From Macrostomum lignano (lineage: Eukaryota), in NCBI GenBank assembly GCA_002269645.1, contig NIVC01000773.1:270838-334837 (forward strand): DNA of 64,000 bases. Direction: 5' to 3'. Shown here one piece after another: positions 33,580-47,300 of this stretch. Made by a program: the position numbers and the translations under genes. The notes under the pieces were generated by a model, which was not told where the DNA came from, made no database searches, and saw only the letters and a program-made list of their open reading frames with translations. The first letter of the stretch is position 1; the number at the start of each line of letters is the position of its first letter.

Positions 33580-34970
33580 CTAAACATCACCCCAACCCGC
33601 CTGGGTCTTATCTACTTCCAAAACACCAATAAAATCAGTGTTGGCTTGGATAGGAAAGAGAGAGCAGGGGTAGAGGAGCCCAGCACCCCAACTCGCCTGG
33701 GTCTTATCTAATTCCAAAACACCAATAAAATCAGTGTTGGCTTAAACAGAAAAGAGAGAGCAGGGGTAGAGGAGCCCAGCACCCCAACTCGCCTGGGTCT
33801 TATCTAATTCCAAAACGCCAATAAAATCAGTGTTGGCTTGGATAGGAAAGAGAGAGCAGGGGTAGAGAAGCCCAGAACCCCAACTCGCCTGGGTCTTATA
33901 TAATTCCAAAACGCCAATAAAATCAGTGTTGGCTTGGACAGGAAAGAGGAAGCAGGGGTAGAGGAGCCCACCACCCCAACTCGCCTGGGTCTTATATAAT
34001 TCCAAAACACCAATAAAATCAGTGTTGGCTTGGACAGGAAAGAGGAAGCAGGGGTAGAGGAGCCCACCACCCCAACTCGCCTGGGTCTTATCTAATTCCA
34101 AAACACCAATAAAATCTGTGTTGGCTTAAACAGAAAAGAGAGAGCAGGGGTAGAGGAGCCCAGCACCCCAACTCGCCTGGGTCTTATCTAATTCCAAAAC
34201 GCCAATAAAATCAGTGTTGGCTTGGATAGGAAAGAGAGAGCAGGGGTAGAGAAGCCCAGAACCCCAACTCGCCTGGGTCTTATATAATTCCAAAACGCCA
34301 ATAAAATCAGTGTTGGCTTGGACAGGAAAGAGGAAGCAGGGGTAGAGGAGCCCACCACCCAACTCGCCTGGGTCTTATATAATTCCAAAACACCAATAAA
34401 ATCAGTGTTGGCTTGGACAGGAAAGAGGAAGCAGGGGTAGAGGAGCCCACCACCCCAACTCGCCTGGGTCTTATCTAATTCCAAAACACCAATAAAATCT
34501 GTGTTGGCTTAAACAGAAAAGAGAGAGCAGGGGTAGAGGAGCCCAGCACCCCAACTCGCCTGGGTCTTATCTAATTCCAAAACGCCAATAAAATCAGTGT
34601 TGGCTTGGATAGGAAAGAGAGAGCAGGGGTAGAGAAGCCCAGAACCCCAACTCGCCTGGGTCTTATATAATTCCAAAACACCAATAAAATCAGTGTTGGC
34701 TTGGACAGGAAAGAGGAAGCAGGGGTAGAGGAGCTCACCACCCCAACTCGCCTGGGTCTTATATAATTCCAAAACGCCAATAAAATCAGTGTTGGCTTGG
34801 ATAGGAAAGAGAGAGCAGGGGTAGAGAAGCCCAAAACCCCAACTCGCCTGGGTCTTATATAATTCCAAAACACCAATAAAATCAGTGTTGGCTTAAACAG
34901 AAAAGAGAGAGCAGGGGTAGAGGAGCCCAGCACCCCAATTCGCCTGGGTCTTATCTAATTCCAAAACGGT
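33580..34970. repeat. About 96-bp satellite with a 4-monomer higher-order repeat of 383-384 bp
   Basis: Diagnostic TTAAACAGAAAAG variant at 33742, 34126, 34509 and 34893. Confidence 0.93.
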
Positions 34971-35327
34971 TTGGATGAGGAGCTTACCACCCCAAAGTGT
35001 TACGGTTTTACGAGTATACTATGGCAAAGTAGATAGCCCTTTAAGTCTATAAAGTCTATAGACAAAATGAGCGACATCTAATCGAAAAGATAAAAAACAC
35101 TTGAACAGAAAGACAAACAGAGGTACTAAAACACAGACCAAAGTTTCTTGACTAGAATAATTTGCTAGACAGAGGTTGACTATCATAAAAACATAGCCAA
35201 AAACAATAGAAAAATTTTCGTCGTAACTGAATGGAGCAGAGACAATCCATAATGCATTGATAGACCAAAGTCCACAAGTCTCAGTTTTTTCCTCAAAAGA
35301 CTCAACCGGAGTCAGATCAACTCAAAC

Positions 35328-38300
35328 TCAAGCATTATTGACCAGATAGGCTCCGCTGTTGGGCCGGCTTCCCGTGCTCACCGTGGCCGTTTCCTCCAGC
35401 TCCTGGATCGGGTCCAGAAACGAGCAGGCCGTGGCCTGATAGAAGCCGGCGTGCTCAGCAACGGGGAACAGGGGATCAGCGGCGGGGCTCACGCCCTCGG
35501 CCAGCTGCGGATCGATGCCGGCGTAGACGGGCCGGTAGAGCGACCGGGTAGGGGAGATCGAACCCTGGTCGGCCGCCGCCGAGGCCGACAACTGCCGGAA
35601 ATGGGAGGGGGGTTGGGTGGCTTGAGATCGTGAAACTGCAGCAGGGAGAGCGGCAGTTTTCTTTGCTTTTGCTTGAATATAAAAATATTTCTTGCTTTAG
35701 GGTTTAAAAAATGTAAGTGTTAAAAATCGTGAATAAATCGTTCTTTTGTTTTTCTGCCCTCGATTTTCACTTATCCGCGCAGAAATCCCCTCCAAACTTC
35801 ATCTCAATCCTCCCCTGTCTCTCTTGATCCTCCCCTCCTCTTTACCCTCTTCGCTCCCTCTTTACCCTCCTCGGTCCCTCTCTACCCTCCTCTCTCCTCT
35901 TTACCCTCCTCGCTCCCTCTTTACCCTCCTCTCTCCCTCTTTACCCTCCTCTCTCCCTCTTTTCCCTCCTCTCTCCTCTTTACCCTCCTCTCTCCTTCTT
36001 TACCCTCCTCTCTCCCTATTTACCCTCCTCTCTCCTCTTTACCCTCCTCTCTCCTCTTTACCCTCCTCTCTCCCTTTTTAACCTCCTCTATCCCTCTTTA
36101 CCCTCCTCTCTCCCTCTTTACCCTCCTCTCTCCCTCTTTACCCTCCTCTCTCCCTCTTTACCCTCCTCTCTCCCTCTTTACCCATACTTCCTGATAATGC
36201 TCCATTTAGGTGTCAAAAAACCACTGACAAGAACACGTAAATTTAAAGTTTTTATCCTGCAGTTATTTATAGTTTTTCAAACGTTTACATACAATGATTT
36301 ACAAATATTAAACAATCGAACGAAAACAGAATTTTTACTCCTTTTTTTATCAGCATTAAGCGTCACCGAACTACTAATAGTAAAAGATCCGCGCATAAAT
36401 TGCTATTTAGACTTACCCCGTAAGAGACAGTGCGTATTCGCATTATTGAGTTCACTTAAGCAGATATGAGCTTACGAGTATCAGTGCTAAGCTGATGTAA
36501 TAATATAACAATTATAATAGCAACCATATTTACACGAGCGAGGTTCTCAACTAAATTTTATCAAAAAATTTCTTACTATCAAAAGATTATGGACATAAAA
36601 CTCAAAACTTATCTAGAATTATCTTCAGAAATAAACTTTCGATACGTATATCTACCTAGCTACTCTCTCCCATCTACCTCTTTACTCTTCTATCTACCTA
36701 TCTGCTCTCTCTCCCATCTACCTCTTTACTCTCTCGTTATCTGCTTGTCTCCTCTCTCCCATCTATCGGTTTACTCTCTCTTATCTACCAGTATATTTTC
36801 ACCTATCTAATAAGCTACTCCCTCCCATCTACCAGTCTACTCTCTCCCATCAACCTTTTTACTCTCTCTTATCTACTTATCTCCTTTCCCTATCTACCAT
36901 TCTACTCTCCAATCTACCAGTCTACTCTTCTAATCTACCAGTCTACTCTTCCCATCTACCAGTCTACTCTTCTCATATACCAGTCTACTCTCTCTCATCT
37001 ACCAGTCTACTCTCTCCATCTACCAGTCTACTCTCTCCATCTACCAGTCTACTCTCTCCATCTACCAGTCTACTCTCTCCATCTACCAGTCTACTCTCTC
37101 CATCTACCAGTCTACTCTCTCCATCTACCAGTCTACTCTCTCCATCTACCAGTCTACTCTCTCCATCTACCAGTCTACTCTCTCCATCTACCTGCCTACT
37201 CTCTCCATCTACCTGCCTACTCTCTCCATCTACCAGTCTACTCTCTCCATCTACCAGTCTACTCTCTCCATCTACCTGCCTACTCTCTCCATCTACCTGC
37301 CTACTCTCTCCATCTACCTGCCTACTCTCTCCATCTACCAGTCTACTCTCTCCATCTACCAGTCTACTCTCTCCATCTACCTGCCTACTCTCTCCATCTA
37401 CCAGTCTACTCTCTCCATCTACCAGTCTACTCTCTCCATCTACCAGTCTACTCTCTCCATCTACCAGTCTACTCTCTCCATCTACCAGTCTACTCTTCTC
37501 ATATACCAGTCTACTCTCTCCCATCTACCAGTCTACTCTTCTCATATACCAGTCTACTCTCTCTTATCTACCAGTCTACTCTCTAATTTTCTACCTGCCT
37601 ACTCTCCCCATCTGTTTGTTGACTTTCTCCTATTTATCTGTCTACTCTCTGATCTACCTCCGGGTCCCTCAGTCTCCCTACTCTTCAGCAGATAAATTTT
37701 GGTCTCAAAGCGGATGCCAGCCAGGAAATTCCCAAAAGCCCGCACAAAAGCTATTTTTTAGGTTTAAAGCGCGGAGGGGCGCACAAAGTCGCAGACAGTT
37801 TGTCCGGGACCGCCAAAGTGTTCGGAGCGATGCAGGGCGCCCTTCCAGACCACTTTGAACTCGGCGGACTGCGCCAGCCAGCTGGCAGAGGCCAACAGGT
37901 CATCGCCGCCGTTGTGGCGACTCTCTGAATTGCCCGATGAGGCTTCCAGGCTGGCGTAGACGGTGGGGGACCTGACAGATGCCGTCTAAGGAGGCGCATT
38001 TCGAATATGGGATTAGTGGGGCTCTTTAATAGCAGCGAAGCGGCTGGAGACTGAACAGAGGTTAAGGGAAGGAAGGAAAGGTAAGGAACCACTGCTTGAT
38101 TAATAATTGTGCCCAGCAATTGAGGATCTGGGAGGCTGGCCCAGCAACTGAGGATCTGGGAGGCTGGCCCAGCAACTAAGGATCTGGGAGGCTGGCCCAG
38201 CAACTGGGGATCTGGGAGGCTGGTGGCCCAGCAACTGAGGATCTGGGAGGCTGGCCTATCAGCTGATGATCTGGGAGGCTGGCCCAGCAACTGAGGATCT

Positions 38301-41300
38301 GGGAGGCTGGCCCAGCAGCTGAGGATCTGGGAGGCTGGCCCAGCAACTGAGGATCTGGGAGGCTGGCCCAGCAACTGAGGATCTGGGAGGCTGGTGGCCC
38401 AGCAACTGAGGATCTGGGAGGCTGGCCTAGCAACTGAGGATCTGGGAGACTGGCCCAGCAACTGAGGATCTGGGAGGCTGGCCCAGCAACTGAGGATCTG
38501 GGAGGCTGGCCCAGCAACTGAGGATCTGGGAGGCTGGCCCAGCAGCTGAGGATCTGGGAGGCTGGCCCAGCAACTGAGGATCTGGGAGGCTGGCCTAGCA
38601 ACTGAGGATCTGGGAGGCTGGCCCAGCAACTGAGGATCTGGGAGGCTGGCATAGCAACTGAGGATCTGAGAGGCTGGCCCAGCAACTGAGGATCTGGGAG
38701 GCTGGTGGCCCAGCAACTGAGGATCTGGGAGGCTGGCCTAGAAACTGAGGATCTGGGAGACTGGTCCAGCAACTGGGGATCTGGGAGGCTGGTGGCCCAG
38801 CAACTGAGGATCTGGGAGGCTGGCCCAGCAACTGAGGATCTGGGAGGCTGGCCCAGCAACTAAGGATCTGGGAGGGTGGCAGATCCAGATCCTGCGGCCT
38901 GTTCGATGCACTTCTAACCAAACTGACGACAACAAAGAAAATTTCGAATTCTAAAACACTTTTCGTTAGAGCTAAAAGCGGAAAAAACAGATTGAAGTGC
39001 AGAGCGGCTATTCCTGGAACTGGGGGCGTGGCACGTCAAGGTCGCTCACGCGATGCTCAAAGCAGCTCGAGCTGACATCTGATTCGCCCGACGTTTGAGC
39101 AGGAAGCGGAATCAAAACAGATCTTTTTCAGAGTGTTACCGCGGACACGAAATTCGGATCATGTTTTGGGATTTATTCAAACGAAGAACGCATGTCTGAT
39201 TTAACAAACTTTTTAACCATGAAACCAAAAACCTTTTACTTGTTACACTTGGGGTTGGGTGTCTGTCGAGCCCCCAACAATTTCACACCTCGATGCGCAT
39301 AGATTATTTGAGTCGCACAACTCACGCGAAACCCAGATTAAAGGACTCAAACGGGTGCAGCAGACTCACCCGTTCGCACTGTCCCAGCAGCCGCTGCCGC
39401 TCCATCTCGTGTATCTTCTTGTACTCGATAGCGTCCTGGTAGAACAGGATGAGCACGGCTAGGGAAGGCAGCAGGTGAGCGGTGACGACCACAATGGAGT
39501 GCACAGGCAGGTAAACCCGGAGGTCGTGATTGAACACCCCGGAGCAGGAGGCGGCGCTGGAGCTGCGCAGGAATAGCCAGTAGGCCAGGTTGATGAGGCT
39601 CCCGAAGGCGAACACAAGGACGCTACTGCAATTCGGAGGTTGATGCACGCGAGTCAAGACATCTGCTGGGTCTACAGACTCCCAGGATCCCAGATCCCAG
39701 ATCCCAGGATCTCAGATCCCAGATCCCAGGATCTCAGATCCCAGGATCCCAGGATCCCAGATCCCAGATCCCAGGATCCCAGATCCCAGGATCCCAGATC
39801 CCAGGATCCCAGATCCCAGATCCCAGGATCCCAGATCCCAGGATCCCAGATCCCAGGATCCCAGATCCCAGGATCCAGATCCCAGGATCCCAGATCCCAG
39901 GATCCCAGATCCCAGGATCCCAGATCCCAGGATCCCAGATCCCAGGATCCCAGATCCCAGGATCCCAGATCCCAGGATCCCAGATCCCAGGATCCCAGAT
40001 CCCAGGATCCCAGATCCCAGGATCCCAGATCACAGATCCCAGGATCTCAGATCCCAGGATCCTAGATCCCAGATCCCAGGATCCCAGAATCTTGTGTTCA
40101 ATCCCAGATCCCAGAATGTGCCCGATAGGGAGAGTCAGCCAGTGGCTGACTTAAACAAATTTGTACTTTTTTGAAGTGAAATAATTAAATAACCAAGCTT
40201 TATCTATTTTAACTTTTCCTTTTATTAGTCACGTCCCGCTGTCCAGGCGTTTATTGACAGCAAATTAGCGAAATTTGTTTATAAAAAATCGGCCAAGGCT
40301 TCCCAACGAAGGCTAACAAAGAATTGTTTGTTTTTATCCACTTCTCGAATTGAACTGATTCTGTCGAATGCATTACACACGAATTTGTGTTTCTCAAGCT
40401 GGTCCAGCTTTGACCAGCTGGGCACACTGATCTGATGCAGCTAATGGAGAGGCTGTAAGCAGCGACATAGCTAAACTCGCCCCAGGGGACCTCAGCTGCG
40501 TTGAACAGCTGCGCCAGTCGCCTGTCTCCGAGAGCCGGACCCGAGGGAGTCGATTGTGGTGCATTGGGTCGGAATAGAAGATTTGCACCAGCAAAGTGCT
40601 TCTCGGCCCGGCAGCGATTCTGTGCCTTCGATTTCAAGCTGGGGATGCTGGCTACTATCCGCCGCTGCTCTAGTGCAGTTCAAGCACTTTGGCAAACACA
40701 AGCCTGGATGCCACCGTCTCTACCTCTTTGCTGTCCAGGGATTAAGCCTGGACCCGCGATTCTGCAGGGATCCGTGCAGTATATTTAGCAATGCGATCCC
40801 AAAGTGCACATCACAGAGCTGGCCATCGCGGCTAAGTTGGATCTAAATCTTGGGTAGTAATCCGGATGCAGATTGTAGAACTTAGGATTGGGTTTCTGGA
40901 TTTTGGATTGGGATTCTGGGATTTTAGATTCAGATTCTGGATTTAGGATTGGGATTCTGGGATTTCGGATTGGGATCCTGGGGTTTCGGATTGGGATTCT
41001 GGGATTTTAGGATTGGGATTCTGGGATTTAGGATTGGGATTCTGGGATTTCGGATTGGATCCTGGGATTTTGGATTGGGATTCTGGGATTTTAAATTGGG
41101 ATTCTGGGATTTTGGATTGGGATGCTGGGATTTTGGATTGGGATTCTGGGATTTTAAATTGGGATTCTGGGATTTTGGATTGGGATGCTGGGATTTTGGA
41201 TTAAGATTTTAGGATTTGGATTGGGATTCTGAGATCGGAGCTCTGAAGGCTGGGATGGAGACTCTGGATTCTAGACTGGGATTCAGGAATTTTCGGGGCT

Positions 41301-44300
41301 CGGATTCCAGAAGATGAAAACAGAATTTAGTATTCTAGAAGTGGGGATCGGGAATCGATGATTAGAAGATTACTATGGCATGCGCAATAATGAAACTATA
41401 TTGGTGCAGCCAAAGTTAGGCCTAATTAGCAAATGATATCAACAGCTCTTCCCCTGCGGAAATCTCTACCCAAATCTGTCTGCCAGACTGCAAGCACTAT
41501 TGCTGGGTAACTAAACCGCCTGCCAGACTGCAAACAGAGCTGCTACCGCCGCTGCTGGCATTTATTTTCATACGAGATCCAGCACTGGACTGCACTATTG
41601 CACTTCATTCATTGCCGCTAAACTGCCCGAATTCATTCCGTCAATGAAATGCCCATCAAAGTGACACCGTTCTGGGTTTCGATCGATTAAATCAATTGGA
41701 AGATTTGCATCACACACAGCATTCTTGTCTCCCGGTCCTGTCTCCCCAGTTCTCTCTCCTCACTCTTGTTTGTTTGTAAGAAAACTGTTTTCTTTCTTTA
41801 GTAGCAGCAGTCTTTGTTGTATCTGTCGGAGCAGCAGTCTTTGTCTCTGACGGAGCCACAATCTTTGTCCCTGACGGAGCAACAGTATTTGTCTCTGCGG
41901 AGCAACAGTCTTGTTTCTCAGATAGCAACAGTCTTTGTTTCTCACATAGCAACAGTCTTTGTTTCTTGACATGCAAGTCATGTAAGACGTGACTCACAGC
42001 ACAACGGTGCAGCGCAGGTAATTTCGGACAGACGGCTCGGTGTTAATCCGGTTTAATCGCTTCAAATGCTTGTAGGACACCATCGACAGGGCCAGCAGCG
42101 CAAGCCATTCGACGACCAGGAAGGCCACTTGGTAGAAGGCTGCAAATCGAAATTGGTTTCTATATTGAAATTTCTTATGAATGCTCATCAACTTCATACG
42201 GTCTTAAGAGCGGGAAAGGAGTGACCATAGAGTGAAATGTCTACCATGCTCACAGAGTGAAAATTCTACCATAAAGTGAAAAAACTAATATAGAGGAAAA
42301 GACTTCCATAGAGTGAAAAGACTAACATTTAGTGAAAAGACTAATATAGAGTGAAGTCTACCATAGACTGAAAAAACAGCCATAGAGTAAAAAGACTACC
42401 ATAGAGTGAGAAGTCTACCATAGAGTGAAAAGACTAACAAAGTGAAAAGTCTACAATAGAGTGAAAAGTCTACCATAGAATGAAAAGTCTACCATAGAGC
42501 GAAAAGTCTACCATAGAGTGAAAAGTCTACCATAGAGTGAAAAGTCTACCATAGAGTGAAAAGTCTACCATAGAATGAAAAGTCTATCATAGAATGAAAA
42601 GTCTACCATAGAGTGAAAAGTCTATCATAGAGTGAAAAGTCTACCATAGAGTGAAAAGACTAACAGAGTGAAAAGTCTGCAATAGAGTGAAAAGTCTACC
42701 ATAGAGTGAAAAGGTTACCATAGAGTGAAAAGTCTACCGTAGAGTGAAAAGGTTACCATAGAATGAAAGGTCTACCATAGAGTGAAAAGGTTACCATAGA
42801 GTGAAAAGTCTACCGTAGAGTGAAAAAGTTACCATAGAATGAAAGGTCTACCATAGAGTGAAAAGGTTACCATAGAGTGAAGACTACCATAGAGTGAAAA
42901 GACTATCATAGAATGAAGAGGCAGAGTGTGACGGGTGTAGCAAGAGTAGTGACAGTTATGACTACAGAGCTCACAAGAAGTGACAAGCAGCAGAGAAGTG
43001 CTCAACCTCAGGCGCTGGCAGGAGACTGCAAACACGCGAGCTACGGAAGCAAGAAAATCACGTGACTGACAAGGCAGTTTCGGAGAAAAACTTCCTAGCT
43101 AAGGAATTCTACCTTCTTCACGGCCTGTCCTCGCTGACTGAGCCGTCTGCAACGCCCCCGTTTCTCTCTCACCTCAAAGCCGAGAGCCGGCAAGCTATCA
43201 GGAATCGAATTACCTATGCAAGAAAATTGAGCTAGAGCACGCGTTGAGATCGGGAACAGCTGGACTGAGATATCCCCCAGATCATCATGGGCGTGAAGTC
43301 TTACTTGTTTACTAGACGCGGACGTGGGACAGAATAATATTTTCTGGTCATTCGATCACCGAAAAGTGCGGCTTTAAGACCCATTTAAATTAAAATACTG
43401 AACAGAAATTTATTGAAGGCCCGAGTATTTCATTCTATTACCATAGAATGAAAGGTCTACCATAGAGTGAAAAGGTTACCATAGAGTGAAGACTACCATA
43501 GAGTGAAAAGACTATCATAGAATGAAGAGGCAGAGTGTGACGGGTGTAGCAAGAGTAGTGACAGTTATGACTACAGAGCTCACAAGAAGTGACAAGCAGC
43601 AGAGAAGTGCTCAACCTCAGGCGCTGGCAGGAGACTGCAAACACGCGAGCTACGGAAGCAAGAAAATCACGTGACTGACAAGGCAGTTTCGGAGAAAAAC
43701 TTCCTAGCTAAGGAATTCTACCTTCTTCACGGCCTGTCCTCGCTGACTGAGCCGTCTGCAACGCCCCGTTTCTCTCTCACCTCAAAGCCCGAGAGCCGGC
43801 AAGCTATCAGGAATCGAATTACCTATGCAAGAAAATTGAGCTAGAGCACGCGTTGAGATCGGGAACAGCTGGACTGAGATATCCCCCAGATCATCATGGG
43901 CGTGAAGTCTTACTTGTTTACTAGACGCGGACGTGGGACAGAATAATATTTTCTGGTCATTCGATCACCGAAAAGTGCGGCTTTAAGACCCATTTAAATT
44001 AAAATACTGAACAGAAATTTATTGAAGGCCCGAGTATTTGGCCTTAAAGTCTATTAGCTGGAACTAAGTAACTAATTAAGGGTCAAGGTCTCCCTTACAG
44101 ACACAACACTGGGTCAAGGCCTCCCTTACAGACACAACACTGGGTCAAGGCCTCCCTTACAGACACAACACTGGGTCAAGGCCTCCCTTACAGACACAAC
44201 ACTGGGTCAAGGCCTCCCTTACAGACACAACACTGGGTCAAGGCCTCCCACACAGACACAATACTGGGTCAAGGCCTCACAGACACAACACTTGGTCAAG

Positions 44301-47300
44301 GCCTCACAGACACAACACTTGGTCAAGGCCTCCCTTACAGACACAACACTGGGTCAAGGCCTCCCTTACAGACACAACACTGGGTCAAGGCCTCCCTCAC
44401 AGACACAACACTGGGTCAAGGCCTCACAGACACAGCACTGGGTCAAGGCCTCACAGACACAACACTGGGTCAAGGCCTCACAGACACAACACTGGTGAAG
44501 GCCTCACAAGCACCTTGCTAAGTCCCTAGCAACGTCTCCAAAGCGATGCATTCCATTGAACTCCTTAGAAACAGTTTTAAAAAGTCAGTAAAATATTCAA
44601 TTCAAATGAATTCTGTGAACAGGAAGCCTCTCTCGCCTTTCTCTCCCCAGACTTTGGCCTCTCTGCTTCCGCTTCCCCTGCACTGCTTGATCAGCGGCAG
44701 CTCGCACCGACACAGGCTTTGACAAAAATCTTGAAAAAACACCCGATACAATGCGGACTGAGGGACTGCCGCATCAAACGCTTGAAGCGCTGGCGTGACA
44801 CAAAAAACGGGAAAGCAGAATCAAAAATGGCTTCAAGTCTCAATTCTGCGAGCAGTTCCCAGCTGGCAGCTCGTTACAAGCAACGCCCCCGCGACTGTTC
44901 GGAACAGAAGAGCAAAAAAGCGATATCTGATGACTCAAACAAAAAAGAGGGGGGGGGGCGGTTCCGGTACTAGCTGGAGACGATGGTCGCAGTCTGAAAG
45001 GAACAGGACTCGCCCGCAGAAATTTGATGAGACTGATTGCCGAACTGCTGTGTGACGCAAGTTCTGTAACGCGCTGGATTCCATCACTGGCGAAAATTAA
45101 TAGAGATGAGGGTAGAGATGGGAGAGGTAGATGGGTGAGAGGCAGAGATTAGAAGCAGAGGATGAGAGGCGAAGAGGGTGAGAGGCGGAGGGGGTGAGAG
45201 GCAGAGATGAGAGGCAGAGATGAGAGGCAGAGATGAGAGACAGAGGTGAGAGGCAGAGATGAGAGGCAGAGAATGAGAGGCAGAGATGAGATGCAGAGAT
45301 GAGAGGCAAAGATGAGAGGCAGAGATGAGAGGCAGAGATGAGAGGCAGAGGTGAGAGGCAGATATGAGAGGTAGAGATGAGATGCAGAGGTGAGAGGCAG
45401 ATATGAGATGCAGATATGAGATGCAGATATGAGATGCAGAAATGAGAGGCAAAGATGAGAGGCAGATATGAGAGGCAGAGATGAGAGGCAGAGGTAAGAG
45501 GCAGATATGAGATGCAGATATGAGATGCAGAAATGAGAGGCAAAGATGAGAGGCAGAGATGAGAGGCAGAGATGAGATGCAGAGATGAGAGGCAGAGATG
45601 AGATGCAGAGGTGAGAGGCAGATATGAGATGCAGAAATGAGAGGCAGAGATGAGAGGCAGAGATGAGATGCAGAGGTGAGAGGCAAAGATGAGAGGCAGA
45701 GGTGAGAGGCAGAAATGAGAGGCAAAGATGAGAGGCAGAGGTGAGAGGCAGAGGTGAGAGGCAAAGATGAGAGGCAGAGGTGAGAGGCAAAGTTGAGAGG
45801 CAGAGGTGAGAGGCAGAAATGAGAGGCAGAGATGAGATGCAGAGGTGAGAGGCAGAAATGAGAGGCAAAGATGAGAGGCAGAGGTGAGAGGCAGAGGTGA
45901 GAGGCAAAGATAAGAGGCAGAGGTGAGAGGCAAAGATGAGAGGCAGAGGTGAGAGGCAAAGATGAGAGGCAGAGATGAGATGCAGAGGTGAGAGGCAAAG
46001 ATGAGAGGCAGAGATGAGATGCAGAAATGAGAGGCAAAGATGAGAGGCAGAGATGAGAGGCAGAGATGAGAGGCAAAGATGAGAGGCAGAGGTGAGAGGC
46101 TAGTTAGTTAATCAGATGGGCTAGTTAGTTAAATAATATCCGTGTTCAAGAAACAGGTAAAAAAACACAGAGCGAGTGACTGAGCGGCGACACCAGGCAG
46201 CCGGGGTAAAAACTCAGAGGTCAGACTGGAAAGACAGAACAGTAGCGGTGATGGATAGCAAATGCTATGCAAACAAGACGGAAAGTTAGAGACATTCGGG
46301 GAGAACAAAAGAAGAGGAAGCGAGGTGCAAATACGCTCGTAATAGAATAAGCTAAGAGCGAGTCAGCGGGGTGCAAGGCAGGCTGCCTGCCTGAGTGACA
46401 GGCTCGCTGACAGGCATCTGCGGCACTCTGAAAGGATCAGGCGTGTACTTTTAAGTTGCAGGACTGGACCCGCCTGCCCTCCCAAATTGAACGGGCAGCC
46501 AAAGCTTCATCAGGATTCTGTATTAAAATTGAATTACGGATAGAAAATTCGTATTATTCATAGACAACTGCTAAGCAAATCGGACAGGCCTGCATTGAGG
46601 GCTGCAAATCTGAAGAGCGAGGCGATAATTGCTTCTCACCCTTATAATAATTGATCATCAGGTCTGCAGACAATCTTTTAATAGAGGCCAGGCCCTTCTA
46701 CTCTAGTAAGAGCAGACTTGGCCTCGGGCAACTAGGAAATTCTCAGCTGCCCAGAATCTGAACTTCTACGAACTCCCTGTCCGGGGAATAGAGAGGAAAT
46801 TCTTGTAATTGCACAATCAATCGATAACGCCTGCCCCCATCTAAGATATGCTGTAAAACTGCTCAACTCCGTAGACTCCGTAGGCGATGCCATGATGCTT
46901 TTGGTATGTTGGAGTGACGAGATGCTCCCAGAGTGAAATTGTGACAAACTGCGGAGTGAAAAGAGCTTTAAAGAGTGACCAGATTCTCACGAGAGTGAAA
47001 ACAGTTTACAAAGTAGATTATGAGAGTAGATTAGAGTAGAATTTCAGAGTAGATTATGAGAGTGGATTATGATAATAGATTATGAGAGCAAATTATGAGA
47101 GTAGATTGTAGTATAGTGAATTGAGAGTAAACTATGAGAGCAGATTATGAGAGTGGATTATGAGAGTGGATTATGAGAGCAGATTATAAGAGTAGATTAT
47201 GAGAATAGATTATGAAAGAAGCTTATAAGAGCAAATTATGAGAATAGATTGCAGTATAGTGGATTATGAGACTAGATTATGAGGGTATATGATTATGAAG

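Noticed and set aside
44650-45060. Nested plus-strand gene in the large intron (ORFs 44719, 44795, 47470)
   Set aside because: I could not link the islands into a consistent open spliced frame, and there is no recognisable domain.
46850-46945. Phase-1 cassette exon for the 7TM gene (CHNFTLG...)
   Set aside because: The donor is weak, and the TM4-TM5 loop already fits GPR137 spacing without it.
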